A stretch of DNA of 63,506 nt, counting the filler, from Reclinomonas americana ATCC 50394 (taxonomy: Eukaryota): the NCBI GenBank assembly GCA_048213135.1. It is 6 parts of 3 records of this genome, joined end to end, with 100 filler letters (N's around TTAATTAATTAA, not from the genome) between each part and the next. Parts side by side here need not be neighbours in the genome. Positions count along the whole stretch, not along the records: positions 1 to 24,057 come from PS015715.1; 5 more parts are not named here. One strand, given 5' to 3'. Under the pieces are notes generated by a model that saw only the letters and a list, made by a program, of their open reading frames with translations, did no database searches and was not told where the DNA came from. The stretch's first letter is position 1. Every line of letters starts with the position of its first letter. The position numbers were made by a program, and so were the translations under genes. Shown here piece after piece: positions 1 through 12,821 of the stretch.

Positions 1-172
<172 letters not shown>

Positions 173-926
173 TCTGCCACTATGCCAAACAGTCTCTCTC
201 TCGCTGTCTCTCTTTGCCTTTCGCTCACTCTGTGGCCCTTGTTGTGTGCTCTGAGTGTGTACCCACCTGTGTCTGTCTTTGTTTCTCCCTCTCTCTCTCT
301 CTCTCTCCCTGAGTGTGCCTGTCTTTGTTTGTCTCTCATTCTCTCTCTATCTGTCTGCCACTATGCCAAACAGCCTCTGTCTCTCGCTTTCTCTCTTTGC
401 CTTTCGCTTTCTCTGTGGCCCTTTTTGTGTCTCTCTGAGTGTGTGCGCACTTGTGACTGTCTTTGTTTGTCTCTCTCCCTCTCTCTCTCTCTCTCTGAGT
501 GTGTCTGTCATTGTTTGTCTCTCTTTCGTCCACTATGCCACACAGCCTCTCTCTCGCTGTCTCTCTTTGCCTTTCGCTCTCTCTGTGGCCCTTTTTGTCT
601 GAGTGTGTGCCCACCTGTGTCTGTCTTTGTTTGTTTCTCTCTCTCTCTCTTTCTCTCCTTCTCTCCCTCCCTCTCTCTCCCTGTCTCTGTGAGTATTTCA
701 AGCAGCCGCTGTCTCTCTTGCAATCTCTGGCCTGTCTTTTCCTCTCTCCTGTCCCTGCCTGTTTCTCTGACTCGAACTCTCTTTGTGGCTCTCTTTGTTT
801 TGTTTCTCTCTCTTTTTCTGTGACTGTTTCAAACATCCACTGTCTCGCTGTCTCTATCTGCCTCTCTCTTTCACTCTCCGATTTGACTCTTCCTTCGTCG
901 CCCGTTCGTTTCTTTCTCTGCCTCTG

Positions 927-962
<36 letters not shown>

Positions 963-1083
963 TCACTCTCTGGTCCTCTCTTCTCTCGAGTCCGTGTCTC
1001 TCTCTCCCCCTCTCTCGTTTCCCTCTCTGATTGTGTGTTGCCCTCCTTTCTCTTCCCCCCCTGTTCTGACTGTTGTCGCGCAG

Positions 1084-2186
1084 CAAGCGGCACGGACCAT
1101 GGCACGCGACATTGTACGCACGCGAGCCTATTGTTCGCGCTTCTACAACTTATCGTCGCAGGTGCTCATTGACTCCTTCGCGTCCGTCCCTATTGCATCC
1201 CGCTCATTGCTTGTTGTAGTTGTCGGCGGTGGGTTTGAGGCTGCAGACGTTGCGGTCGACGCAGGCCATGGCGGATGCGATGAAGTCGACTGCCAAGGTG
1301 TGTTTAGAGAGAGAAGGGAGACTGTTTGGCACAATGGGAGCAGTGCGACACAAGGAGTGAGTAGTCGATATCACTGCTCACACGCAGTTAGTTACCAAGA
1401 GAGAGGGAAAATGTGTGTATTTGACTTCCTTGTCTTCCTTCACAAAAGTCGCCGATGCATTTGTCGTTCGCATGATTGTGCACAAACAGACACACAGTGA
1501 GAGAATTAGAAGGCCTCTATACAACAGTTGTATCTGCACTCGCTGAGAGTGAGTGAGACTGAGAAGCACAATGGGAGAAGTGCGGCTTTTGATTGCACTC
1601 GCAGGAGTTGTACTTGTCGAGCAGATTGAGTGAAAATCGAGTTTGTATTTCTGCACAAACGCACGCATGTGGGTTCACTTTGTGCAGTTGCCTGCGCCTT
1701 GAGTGCCACTGATCCCTTTCCCCCTCGCAGGCCATGGCCACAGTGAACCGACAACTCAAGATGCCCGCCATGCAAAAGATCATGGCGGACTTTATGCGCG
1801 AGAGCGAGAGCCTCGATTTGCGCGAGGAGATGATGTCGGATGCCATGGGTTTGTTCTTGTCGCCTGCCGGAGCATTCACTCCCTCCGCATGCTGACCTCC
1901 TCCTGTGTGCACACAGACGACGTGTTCGAGGACGACGAGGCCGAGACCGACGCCCTCGTGAACCAAGTGATGGATGAGCTGGGCCTGGATCTGAGCAATC
2001 AGGTACGCCACTATCCATTCACCAACAATCTTGTATCGCCGCTGCTCACCTCTTCCCCTCTCGTAGCTGTCGACGGCCAAGGCCTCTGGCTCTCGCGTCG
2101 GTGGCGCCGAGGCCGCACCCGCCGAGGACGCAGGTGGTGTCGATGCCGCGTTGCAGGCACGTTTTGAGCAATTGCGCAAGGGTTGA
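1084..2186 (+). CDS. CHMP2: ESCRT-III subunit CHMP2/Vps2 (5'-partial, 5 exons visible)
   Basis: Spliced exons give AARTMARDIVRTRAYCSRFYNLSSQ|LSAVGLRLQTLRSTQAMADAMKSTAK|AMATVNRQLKMPAMQKIMADFMRESESLDLREEMMSDAM|DDVFEDDEAETDALVNQVMDELGLDL...DAALQARFEQLRKG*. This is a Snf7-family Vps2 signature with a C-terminal MIM1 helix. Confidence 0.9.
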
Positions 2187-2408
2187 CGCGTTTTCTCGCA
2201 AAAATAGGCGGATCCCGCGTAACGTGAGAGACAGAGAGAAGATGAGTGTGGAGAAGATGGATGTGTGTGAGTTTCACTTGTGAATATAAGAGGATGGTGA
2301 TGTTGTGAGTGAGGGTGAAGGATGATTCAGTGCGTATGGAGACGCTCTGTCTGCTCTCTCTATCTCCCTCTCCCTCCTCCGTCCCCTTCTGTGCAAGCTT
2401 GCTTTCAC

Positions 2409-4941
2409 TTAGAGTTCCAGCGTAAAGTTGCCGCACGCCTCGCGCACCGCCCGCATAACCTCGAGCACCTCCTGTGCCGTCGGTCGATCACGTCGCAGAC
2501 TCATGCATCGCATGCCAATGGCAAACATGGCCTCCGCGATGCGCACTGTCCACTCCACGCCATCCGCGCTGTCCACCAGCTCCATGACGCGCAACGAGTC
2601 CGGCGATTCGTCCCACTCCGTGGACCACTCGCCCACCGTCACCACGGGCTTGCCGGTGACCAGCTGCACCAGCACCACGCCCATGCTGTACACGTCGTGC
2701 TTTGGCATTGGACGCCGGGCGCGGAGGGCCAGCGGATCCAAGTAGTCGGGCGTGCCGGCGGCGGGGGTTGACTGGTGCAGGTAAGAGATCGAAAGGAGAG
2801 ATCCAGGAACATGAGATAGGAGTGCAGCGCACCTTGCCACCGGCAATCGACCTCGCAATACCAAAGTCACCGAGGCACGCCTCGCACCGGTGATCGAGGA
2901 GTACATTGGCGGGTTTGATGTCGCGGTGCACCACCTCATTCTATGAGGGAGTGGGGAAATGAGAGGCACAGTTCATGTATTAATATCACAAGGGAAAAAG
3001 AGGACAGTACATTGGAGGAAGCAGGGAGACGTGGGAGACTGAGAACAAAAGATATACAAATCTGCAGCATAGAGAAAGAGAGTGCGAAACAGAAGGAATG
3101 ACGACTTGCGTACATATCAGAAGGGAACGGAAGAGACAGGAGACAGCAGGAAACCGTAGGGGTCACGAGAGACTGAGACAACAAAAGAGATAGAACACTG
3201 CAGCGTAGAGAAAAAGAGTGCGAAACAGAAGGCAAGACGACTGAGAGAAACAAAGACACCAATCCGCATCGCACATAAACCTTGTGCAAGAACGCTACAG
3301 CCTCAGCCAATCCGAGACCAATCTGCACACGTTGTATGACAGAGAGTGGTGCACGACCGACACGAAGCAGCAGGAGGTCCTCTAAGTTTGGAACTCTGCG
3401 CGCGTTAACAGTGAGACGACGATGAAGGAAGGGAGAAGTGGAGAGATGAGGACACGCACTGCAGGGCCTTGTACACGAGACAGCGAGCCTTGTCGTCGCC
3501 CACCGAATAACCGACAAGAGGCACAATGCGACGATCACGCAGACGTCCGAGAGTGGCCACCTTGTGAGAAAAAGGAAGAAGAATGAGGAGAAAGACAGGG
3601 AATGAAAAGGAGAGAAGGACAGACAGACCTCACTCTCGAACGACTCCATCGTCCACGGTGCATCGGGGTCGAGCACTTTGATGGCCACGTGCATCTCGCG
3701 AAGCAGCGTGATGAACACGGCACCTTGGCCACCCTCGCCGACCTTCAGCCGTGGAGAGAACGAGTCGGTGGCGTGCACAATCTCCGGCCACTCGAAGCGC
3801 TGCACGGCAGTGTCGACTGTGGAATGAGACGGAAGGGATAGATGGAGAATAAATGAACGGTTGGAGAAGCACGCGGACAACAAGAGATAGATGCAAAGAC
3901 CTTGGGCGAGGAGGAGCTCCTGTCGAAGTTGGGAGAGAAGACGATCTTTCTCTTCCAGTTGATGCTGCACGATGATCAGCTGCGCAGCAAGCTCGTCCTT
4001 GTCACGCAATGCAACAGTCAGCTGCGATTCCAGCTGAGCGTGAGCTTGCTGCCAATCTGCACGGGCTCGTTGCAGTTGCGCGACTTGCTGCCGACTGTGG
4101 GCATCAGATTGCTGCAACTGTCCGTTCGCTTGCTGCAATTGCGCAAGGGTAGCGTCCCGTCGCTCCACCTCAACGCGAAGCTGTGCAACTTGTTGCTGAT
4201 CTTTGGCATGCCCCTCTCGCAACTCGGCGCTGGCTTGCTGCAGTTGAGCCACGATATCTTCGTGCTCTCGTCGCCGTCGATCCCATTCATGCTGCTGCTG
4301 CTGTCGCTCCTGCTCCGAGGCGGCGAGATCGCGCTGGAGCTGGGTGATGAGCGCGTCCTTGTCGGTGGCGTCGTCAATCACCTGCGCAGATGCAGAGTGC
4401 AAACATGATGAACAACGCGAAAGCACAAGCGTAATAAAACAGTCTCTCACCTGGCGTGGCGGAACTGCGTGTTCTCGGAAACAAAGAAACGCGCATAGAG
4501 GAGTGTGAGTGGCAAACAACTCGAATCAACCATCGGTACAAGACGACACGAAGATCTCACCTGCTTCTCGTGGTGGTGGTGGCGGTGAAGAGGGAGGGGA
4601 GATTTGTGGCTGTCGTTGTTGTGGGCGTGCTGGCTCTGCGTGTTGTTGCAGGGTGAACACAAGCAGAGAAACATGCATGGAGGAGTGTGTGCAGCAACAC
4701 GAAAATGACATCACACCTGCTGGTGGCTGTGGTGGTGGAGGCGGAGAGGGAGCTTGTGGTTGCTGTTGGCGTGGTGGAGGTGCTCGTTGCTCCGCAGCGA
4801 GACGGTCGAGCAACTCGGCCACTTGCTGCTTTCTCCAGTCGCGTGCTCTATCNNNNNNNNNNNNNNNNNNNNCGAGGAGACGAGAAAGCCAGAAACAACA
4901 CACACAACCACAAACCTGCCACTGCCCTGTGCTGCACTCAT
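2409..4941 (-). CDS. Ankyrin-coiled-coil-RLK/Pelle kinase, copy 1 (ankyrin exon mostly lost in the N-gap at 4853-4872)
   Basis: Start MSAAQGSG at 4941, ankyrin tail DRARDWRKQQVAELLDRL, Pro-rich exons, Q/E-rich coiled coil, then kinase motifs GEGGQG, VAIK, LVY, HRDIKPAN, DFG, GTPDYLDP, DVYSMG, DRPT; stop at 2409. All visible introns are GT-AG. Confidence 0.85.
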
Positions 4942-5135
4942 CTCTTTCTTTGTAGCTCTGTCTGTCTGTCTGTGTGCGTTCGTGTGTAGCTCGCAACTCG
5001 ATTCCTGACACGCACAGGACATCCCTCAGTCACACGCGACACAGAGTGAGCGAGAGACAGACGCACACGCGTAAGAGAGAGTGTGCCTCTCTGTCTGTTC
5101 TCTCTCTCTCTCTCTCTCTGTGCAACAACGAAGGA

Positions 5136-5198
5136 ATGGAGAGATACATCAAGAGCAAGATCCTTCTCGGCGAGGGAACATATGGATATGTGTACAGG
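5136..5198 (+). pseudogene. Orphan CDK-like first exon (MERYIKSKILLGEGTYGYVYR followed by a GT donor)
   Basis: Matches the CDK N-terminal pattern M-E-x-Y...GEGTYGxVY; no downstream kinase exons are found on this strand. Confidence 0.6.
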
Positions 5199-5504
5199 GT
5201 ACTCACTCACACACACACACATACACAGAGAGAGAGAGAGGGAGAGAGAGATTCAGAGACAACTCGCATGCATACTGAAATCTGTCAATCAATCAGCGCA
5301 AGAGTCACTCTCTCTCTCTCTCACTCTCTCACGCACACTCATTCCCTCACTGAATCCAACTCACTTACTGACCTTCGCACATCTCCCATCTCTTTCGTCT
5401 CGCATTTCCACACCCTCACTGATGACACACTCGACGCTCTCAATGCTGAGCTCTCGCCTCCGCTCTCGCCCCCTCCCTCTCCTTCTTTGCAAGCTTGCTT
5501 TCAC

Positions 5505-8500
5505 TTAAAGTTCCAGCGTAAAGTTGCCGCACGCCTCACGCACCGCCCGCATCACCTCGAGCACCTCCTGTGCCGTCGGTCGATCACGTCGCAGACTCAT
5601 GCATCGCATGCCGACGGCAAACATGGCCTCCGCGATGCGCACTGTCCACTCCACGCCATCCGCGCTGTCCACCAGCTCCATGACGCGCAACGAGTCCGGC
5701 GATTCGTCCCACTCCGTGGACCACTCGCCCACCGTCACCACGGGCTTGCCGGTGACCAGCTGCACCAGCACCACGCCCATGCTGTACACGTCGTGCTTTG
5801 GCATTGGACGCCGGGCGCGGAGGGCCAGCGGATCCAAGTAGTCGGGTGTGCCAGCGGCGGGGGTTGACTGGTGCAGGTAAGAGATCGAAAGGAGAGATCC
5901 AGGAACATGAGATAGGAGTGAAGCGCACCTTGCCACCGGCAATCGACCGCGCGATGCCAAAGTCACCGAGGCACGGCTCGCACCGGTGATCGAGAAGCAC
6001 ATTGGCGGGTTTGATGTCGCGGTGCACCACCTCGTTCTGTGCGGGAGTAAGGAAATGAGAGGCACAGTAAATGTATAAATAGCACAAGGGAAAAAGAGGA
6101 CAGTACATAGGAGGAAGCAGGGAGAAGCGGGAGACTGAGAACAAAAGATATACAAAGATGCAGTAGAGAAAGAGAGTGCGAATCAGAAGGAATGACGACA
6201 TGCATATCAGAAGGGAACGGAAGAGACAGAACACGGTAGGGGTCAAGGGAGACTGAGATAACAAAAGATATACAAAACTGCAGCATAGAGAAAGAGAGAG
6301 CGAAACAGAAGGAATTACGACTTGCGTACATATCACAAGGGAACGGAAGAGACAGAACACAGCAGGAAACCGTAGGGGTCACGGAAGACTGAGATAACAA
6401 AAGAGATAGAACACTGCAGCATAGAGAAAGAGTGCGAAAAAGTAGGCGAAACAACTGGTGAGAAACAAAGACTGCCATCTTAATCGCACAAACCTTGTGC
6501 AAGAACGCCACAGCCTCAGCCAGTCCGAGACCAATCTGCACTCGTTGCACGACAGATAGTGGTGCGCGACCGACACGAAGCAGCAACAGATCCTCCAGGT
6601 TGGGAACTCTGTGCGCGTTCACAGTGAGACGACGATGGAGGAAGGGAGAAGTGGAGAGTTGAACACGCACTGCAGGGCCTTGTACACGAGACAGCGAGCC
6701 TTGTCGTCGCCCACAGAGTAGCCAACAAGAGGCACAATGCGACGATCACGCAGACGTCCGAGAGTGGCCACCTTGTGAGAAAAGGAGAGAAGAATGAGGA
6801 GAAAGAGAGAGGGATGAAAGCAAGAGAGACGAAGAGACAAAGACCTCACTCTCAAACGATTCCATCGTCCACGGTGCATCGGGATCGAGCACTTTGATGG
6901 CCACATGCATCTCGCGAAGCAGGGTGATGAAGACGGCAGCCTGACCGCCCTCACCGACCTTAAGCCGTGGAGAGAATGAGTCGGTGGCGTGCACAATCTC
7001 CGGCCACTCGAAGCGCTGCACGGCAGTGTCGACTGTGGAATTTGAGAGGAGGGAAAGATGGAGAATAAATGAATTGTTGGAGAAGCACGAGGACAACAAT
7101 TGCAAGAGATAGATGCAAAGACCTTGGGCGAGGAGGAGCTCCTGTCGAAGTTGGGAGACAAGTCGGTCTTTCTCTTCCAGTTGCTGCTGCACGATGATCA
7201 GCTGAGCAGCAAACTCGTCCTTGTCACGCAATGCCACAGTCAGCTGGGATTCCAGCTGAGCGTGAGCTTGCTGCCAATCTGCATGGGCTCGCTGCAGTTG
7301 CGCGACTTGCTGCCGACTGTGGGCATCAGATTGCTGCAACTGTCCGTTTGCTTGCTGTAGTTGCGCAATGGTAGCATCCCGTCGCTCCACCTCAACGCGA
7401 AGCTGTGCAACTTGTTGCTGATCTTTGGCATGCGCCTCTCGCAACTCAGCGCTGCCGTGCTGCAGTTGAGCCACGATATCTTCGTGTTCACGTCGCTGCA
7501 GACCCCATTCGTGCTGCTGTTGCTGTCGCTCCTGCTGTGACGCGGCAAGATCGCGCTGGAGCTGGGCGATGAGTGCGTCCTTATCGGTGGCGTCGTCAAT
7601 CACCTGCGCAGATGCAGAGTGCAAACATGATGAACAACGCGAAAGCACAAGCGAGATGACGCAGTCTCTCACCTGGCGTGGCGGAACTGCGTGTTTTTGC
7701 AGGGTGCACACAAGCAGAGAAACACGCATGGAGGAGTGTGAGCAGCGAAGAACACAAATCAACCATCTGCACAAGACGATACGGAGATCACACCTGCTGC
7801 TCGTGGTGGAAGTGGTGGTGAAGAGGGAGGGGAGATTTGTGGCTGTCGTTGTTGTGGGCGTGCTGGCTCTGCGTGTTCTTGCATGGTGAACACAAGCAGA
7901 GAAAGATGCAAGGCGGAAAGTGTGCCATAAGAAAATGAGATCTCACCTGCTGGTGGCTGTGGTGGTGGAGGCGGAGAGGGAGGTTGTGGCTGTTGTTGGC
8001 GTGGTGGTGGTGCTCGTTGCTCCGCAGCGAGGCGGTCGAGCAACTCGGCAACTTGCTGATTGCCCTTGTCGCATGCAAACTGAGCCGCCGTCTTGCCATC
8101 ATTGTTGACCATCGGAATGAGGTCGGGGAAGCGAGTGGCGAGGAGTCGCACAATGGCCTCGTGGCCGTTATAGGCAGCATAATGCAGCGCAGTCCACTGG
8201 TATGCTTTGGTGACCGTCCACACCATCTTCGGCGGACATCGTCGCTCATCGGCCAGCAACCACTCCACCACTTGCAGATGCCCTCCGCCGGCGGCCACCA
8301 TCAGTGACGTCCAGCCATCGTCGTTGACCATTTGTGCGAGTTGTGGCCCGACACCACTCTCCTCCCACAAATACTCCAACACAGAGAGATGGCCTTCGAG
8401 AGAGGCATAATAAAATGCCGATCCACCGCCAAACGTCTCCTCTCTCTTCAGCAATGTCTGTGCACCCTCACGCGCCACCAACTCGCGCAGTGCCTTCACA

Positions 8501-8643
8501 TCGCCATCATACGCCATCTTATATGCTTTCTTCCTCCTCTGTTGTTGACTGCCCAACGAGCAACAATCGTCAGAGAGAGTCAGCGAGGAGACGAGAAAGC
8601 CAGAAACAAACACACACCTGTCAATACCCTGTGTTGCACTCAT
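5505..8643 (-). CDS. Ankyrin-coiled-coil-RLK/Pelle kinase, copy 2 (complete)
   Basis: First exon ATG AGT GCA ACA CAG GGT ATT GAC AG|gt; 602-nt ankyrin exon 7947-8548 (GWTSLMVAAGGGHL, QWTALHYAAYNGHE, GKTAAQFA); linker exons; coiled coil; kinase with HRD and DFG intact and Gly loop GEGGQA. Confidence 0.92.
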
Positions 8644-8802
8644 CTCTTTCTTTGTAGCTCTGTCTGTGTGCGAGAGTGCGTGCGTGTGGAAGCTCGCAAC
8701 TCGCGATTCATGACACGCACAGGACAACTCTCAGTCACAGTCACACATGCAGTGAGCGAGAGACAGACGCACACTCGCGTGAGAGTGTGCCTCTCTGTCT
8801 GT

Positions 8803-8834
<32 letters not shown>

Positions 8835-9206
8835 CACTGTTTTTGACATCGGAAAAGTGGAGAGATGTATGAAGGCAGACTCTCTCAGAGAGGGAACATT
8901 ATGTGCACAGAGTGCTGTGTCACTCTTCTACACACAATCAAACACAGAGTAAGAGAGAGAGAGAGTGATTCAGAGACAACTCGCAAGCATTGGTGATCAA
9001 CCAATCAGTGCAAGAATCACTCTCTCTCTCTCACACACACTCATTTCCTCACTGAATCCAACTCACTTACTGACCTTCGCACATCTCCCATCTCTTTCGT
9101 CTCGCATTTCCACACCCTCACTGATGACACACTCGACGCTCTCAATGCTGAGCTCTCGCCTCCGCTCTCGCCCCCTCCCTCTCCTTCTTTGCAAGCTTGC
9201 TTTCAC

Positions 9207-12200
9207 TTAAAGTTCCAGCGTAAAGTTGCCGCACGCCTCACGCACCGCCCGCATCACCTCGAGCACCTCCTGCGCCGTCGGTCGATCACGTCGCAGACTC
9301 ATGCATCGCATACCAATGGCGAACATGGCTTCCGCGATGCGCGGTGTCCATTCCACTCCCTCACCACTGTCCACGAGCTCCATGACGCGCAACAAGTCGG
9401 GCGAGTCGTCCCACTCCGTGGACCACTCGCCCACCGTCACCACGGGCTTGCCGGTGACCAGCTGCACCAGCACCACGCCCATGCTGTACACGTCGTGCTT
9501 TGGCATTGGACGCCGGGCGCGGTGAGCCAGTGGGTCCATGTAGTCCAGCGTGCCGGCAACAGCGGTTGACTGGCACACAGTTAGAACATAAGAGTCGGAA
9601 AGACAGGTGATGAGATGCAAACCTTGCCGACGGCAATCGATCGCGCAATGCCAAAGTCACCGAGGCACGGCTCGCACCGGTGATCGAGAAGCACATTGGC
9701 GGGTTTGATGTCGCGGTGCACCACCTCATTCTGCGAGGGAAGGTGGTGGGCAAATGCACGCCGAACCAGGAAGTGAGGGAGAGAGTGATAGGTGGGATAC
9801 AGAGAATACGAGAAACTGGGAGATTCAGGGACAGCAAGCAAGTGATTGGGTGGGTAAGTGGAGCACACGAGACACAGGAAGATGCAGGAACCAAATAAGA
9901 GAGAAGAGAGATAAAGGAAACGAAGACAGAAGAAGACAGGGTTAATAAACGAGTGACCAAGAGAGACGAGAGAAGATAGTGCAAGTGTACAAGGCAGTAT
10001 GCATGCAGAGGGTGAACAGGAGATGAAAATTGCGATCCATATCGTGCAAACACAGAGACAGAGGGTGGCACAGAGGGTGAATGGGAGATAGAGAAAGACA
10101 TCCACATCGTCCTTACCTTGTGCAAAAACGCGACAGCCTCGGCCAGTCCGAGACCAATCTGCACTCGTTGCACGACAGAGAGTGGTGCACGACCGACACG
10201 AAGCAGCAGGAGGTCCTCCAGGTTGGGAACTCTGCGCGCGTTCACACTGAGACGACGATGGAGAAAAGAGAGAGGGGTGCGGGGCACGCACTGCAGGGCC
10301 TTGTACACGAGACAGCGAGCCTTGTCGTCGCCCACCGAATAACCGACAAGAGGTATAATGCGACGGTCACGCAGACGTCCGAGGGTGGCCACCTGTGGGA
10401 AGGAATGAAGATGAGAAGAGGAGAAAGAGAGAGGGAAGAAAGCAAGAGAGAGAAAGAGACAGACCTCACTCTCAAACGATTCCATCGTCCACGGTGCATC
10501 GGGATCGAGCACTTTGATGGCCACATGCATCTCGCGAAGCAGGGTGATGAACACGGCACCTTGGCCGCCCTCGCCCACCTTCAGCCGTGGCGAGAATGAG
10601 TCGGTGGCGTGCACAATCTCAGGCCACTCGAAGCGCTGCACGGCGGTATCGACTGTGGAATGAGACGGAAGGGAAAGATGGAGAATAAATGAATGGTTGG
10701 AGAAGCACGAGGACAACAAGAGAGATGCACAGACCTTGGGCGAGGAGGAGTTCCTGTCGGAGCTGCGAGAGAAGATAGTCTTTCTCTTCCAGTTGCTGTT
10801 GCACAATGATCAGCTGAGCAGCAAACTCGTCCTTGTCACGCAATGCCACAGTCAGCTGGGATTCCAGCTGAGCTTGAGCTTGTTGCCATTCTGCATGGGC
10901 TCGCTGCAGTTGCGCGACTTGCTGTCGACTCTGGGCATCAGATTGCTGCAGTTGCGCAATGGTAGCGTCCCGTCGCTCCACCTCAACGCGAAGCTGTGCA
11001 ACTTGTTGCTGATCTTTGGCATGCGCCTCTTGCAACTCAGCGCTGGCTTGCTGCAGTTGAGCCACTATGTCTTCGTGTTCTCGTCGCCGTCGATCCCACT
11101 CTCGCTGTTGCTGCTGTCGCTCCTGCTGTGACGCGGCGAGATCGCGCCGGAGCTGGGCGTTGAGTGCGTCCTTGTCGGTGGCGTCGTCCATCACCTGCGC
11201 AGATGCAGAGTGCAAACATGATGAACAACGCGAAAGCACAGCAATATGACACAGTCTCTCACCTGGCGTGGCGGAACTGCAGGATTTGCAAGGCGCGTTT
11301 TGCAAGACAACACAAACAAACAAAACACGCATGGAGGCGTGTGAGTGGCAAAGAACACAAATCAACCATCTGTTCAAGAAAACATGGATATCTCACCTGC
11401 TGCTCGTGGTGGTGGTGGTGAAGAGGGATGGGAGATTTGTGGCTGTCGTTGTTGTGGGCGTGCTGGCTCTGCGTGTTTTTGCAGGGTGAGCACAAGCAGA
11501 GAATCACGCAAGGAGGAGTGTGTGCAACACGAAAATGAGATCACCTGCTGGTGGCTGTGGTGGTGGAGGCGGAGAGGGAGGTTGTGGGGGTTGTTGTGGT
11601 GGAGGTGTTCGTTGCTCTGCAGCGAGACGGTCGAGCAACTCGGCCACATGTCGCTTGCCTGCGTCGCGTGCCATCTGAGCCGCCGTCTTGCCTTTCTTGT
11701 TGGCCATGGGAATGAGGTCGGGAAAGCGAGTGGCGAGGAGTTGCACAACGTCTACGTGGCCATTGTAGGCAGCGCAGTGCAGCGCAGTCCACTGGTCTCT
11801 TTTGGTGACCGCCCGCACCATCTCCGGCGGACATCGTCGCTCATCGGCCAGCAACCACTCCACCACTCGAAGCCGGTCATTCCTGACAGCCAACATCAGT
11901 GGCGTCCAGCCATAGTCGGTGACCATTTGCGCGAGTTGACGCCCGACACCACTCTCCTCCCACAGATACTCCAACACAGAGAGTTGGCCTTGCTGAGCGG
12001 CATTGAGAAATGCCGAGCCGCCATACTTATCCATCTCCTCTCTCTTCAGCAGTGTCTGTGCACCCTCACGCGCCACCAACTCGCGCAGTGCCTTCACATC
12101 GCCATCCCTCGCCATCTCATAAGCTTTCTTCCACCTCTGTTGTTGACTGCCCAACGAGCAACAATCGTCAGAGAGAGTCAGAGAGGAGAAAGAGAAAGCC

Positions 12201-12240
12201 AGAAACAAACACACCTGTCACTGCCCTGTGCTGCACCCAT
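9207..12240 (-). CDS. Ankyrin-coiled-coil-RLK/Pelle kinase, copy 3 (complete)
   Basis: Start MGAAQGSDS; ankyrin exon 11545-12146; same exon structure; kinase VAIK/HRD/DFG intact, activation segment STAVAGTLDYMDP. Confidence 0.92.
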
Positions 12241-12445
12241 CTCTCTCTCTCTTATCTGTGTGTACGTGCGTTCGGGTAGAATCGCAACTCGCGATTCATA
12301 TGACACGCACAGGACAGCTAGCTCTCAGTCACTCACACACGACACAGAGTGAGCGAGACACAGACGCACACGCGCGTAAGAGAGAGAGTGTGCCTCTCTG
12401 TCTGTGCTCTCTCTCTCTCTCTCTCTCTCTGCACAACAGCGAAGA

Positions 12446-12508
12446 ATGGAGAGATACATCAAGAGCAAGATCCTTCTCGGAGAGGGAACTTATGGATATG
12501 TGTACAGG
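12446..12508 (+). pseudogene. Orphan CDK-like first exon, second intact copy
   Basis: Same peptide MERYIKSKILLGEGTYGYVYR|gt as at 5136-5198. Confidence 0.6.
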
Positions 12509-12821
12509 GTACTGTGTCTTTCCACACTCCTAACAAACATGCATACATACAGAGAGAGAGAGAGAGAGAGTGAGTGAGTGATTCAGAGACAACTCGCATG
12601 CATTCTGTGATCAACCAATCAATCAGCGCAAGAGTCACTCTCTCTCTCTCTCTCTTTCTCTCACACTCATTTCCTCCCTGAATCCAACTCACTTGCTGAC
12701 CTTCGCACATCTCCCATCTATTTTCGTCTCGCATTTCCACACCCTCACTGATGATACACTCGACACTCTCAATGCTGAGCTCTCTCCCCCTCCCTCTCCT
12801 TCTTTGCAAGCTTGCTTTCAC

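Noticed and set aside
182..1080. Long SLSL/ERER/CVCV/THTH ORFs here and throughout the window
   Set aside because: Translations of TC/GA/CA microsatellites and pyrimidine-rich introns, not proteins.
1084..2409. Functional link between ESCRT-III CHMP2 and the kinase array
   Set aside because: Only adjacency; eukaryotic neighbours are usually unrelated and CHMP2 is not part of the duplicated unit.
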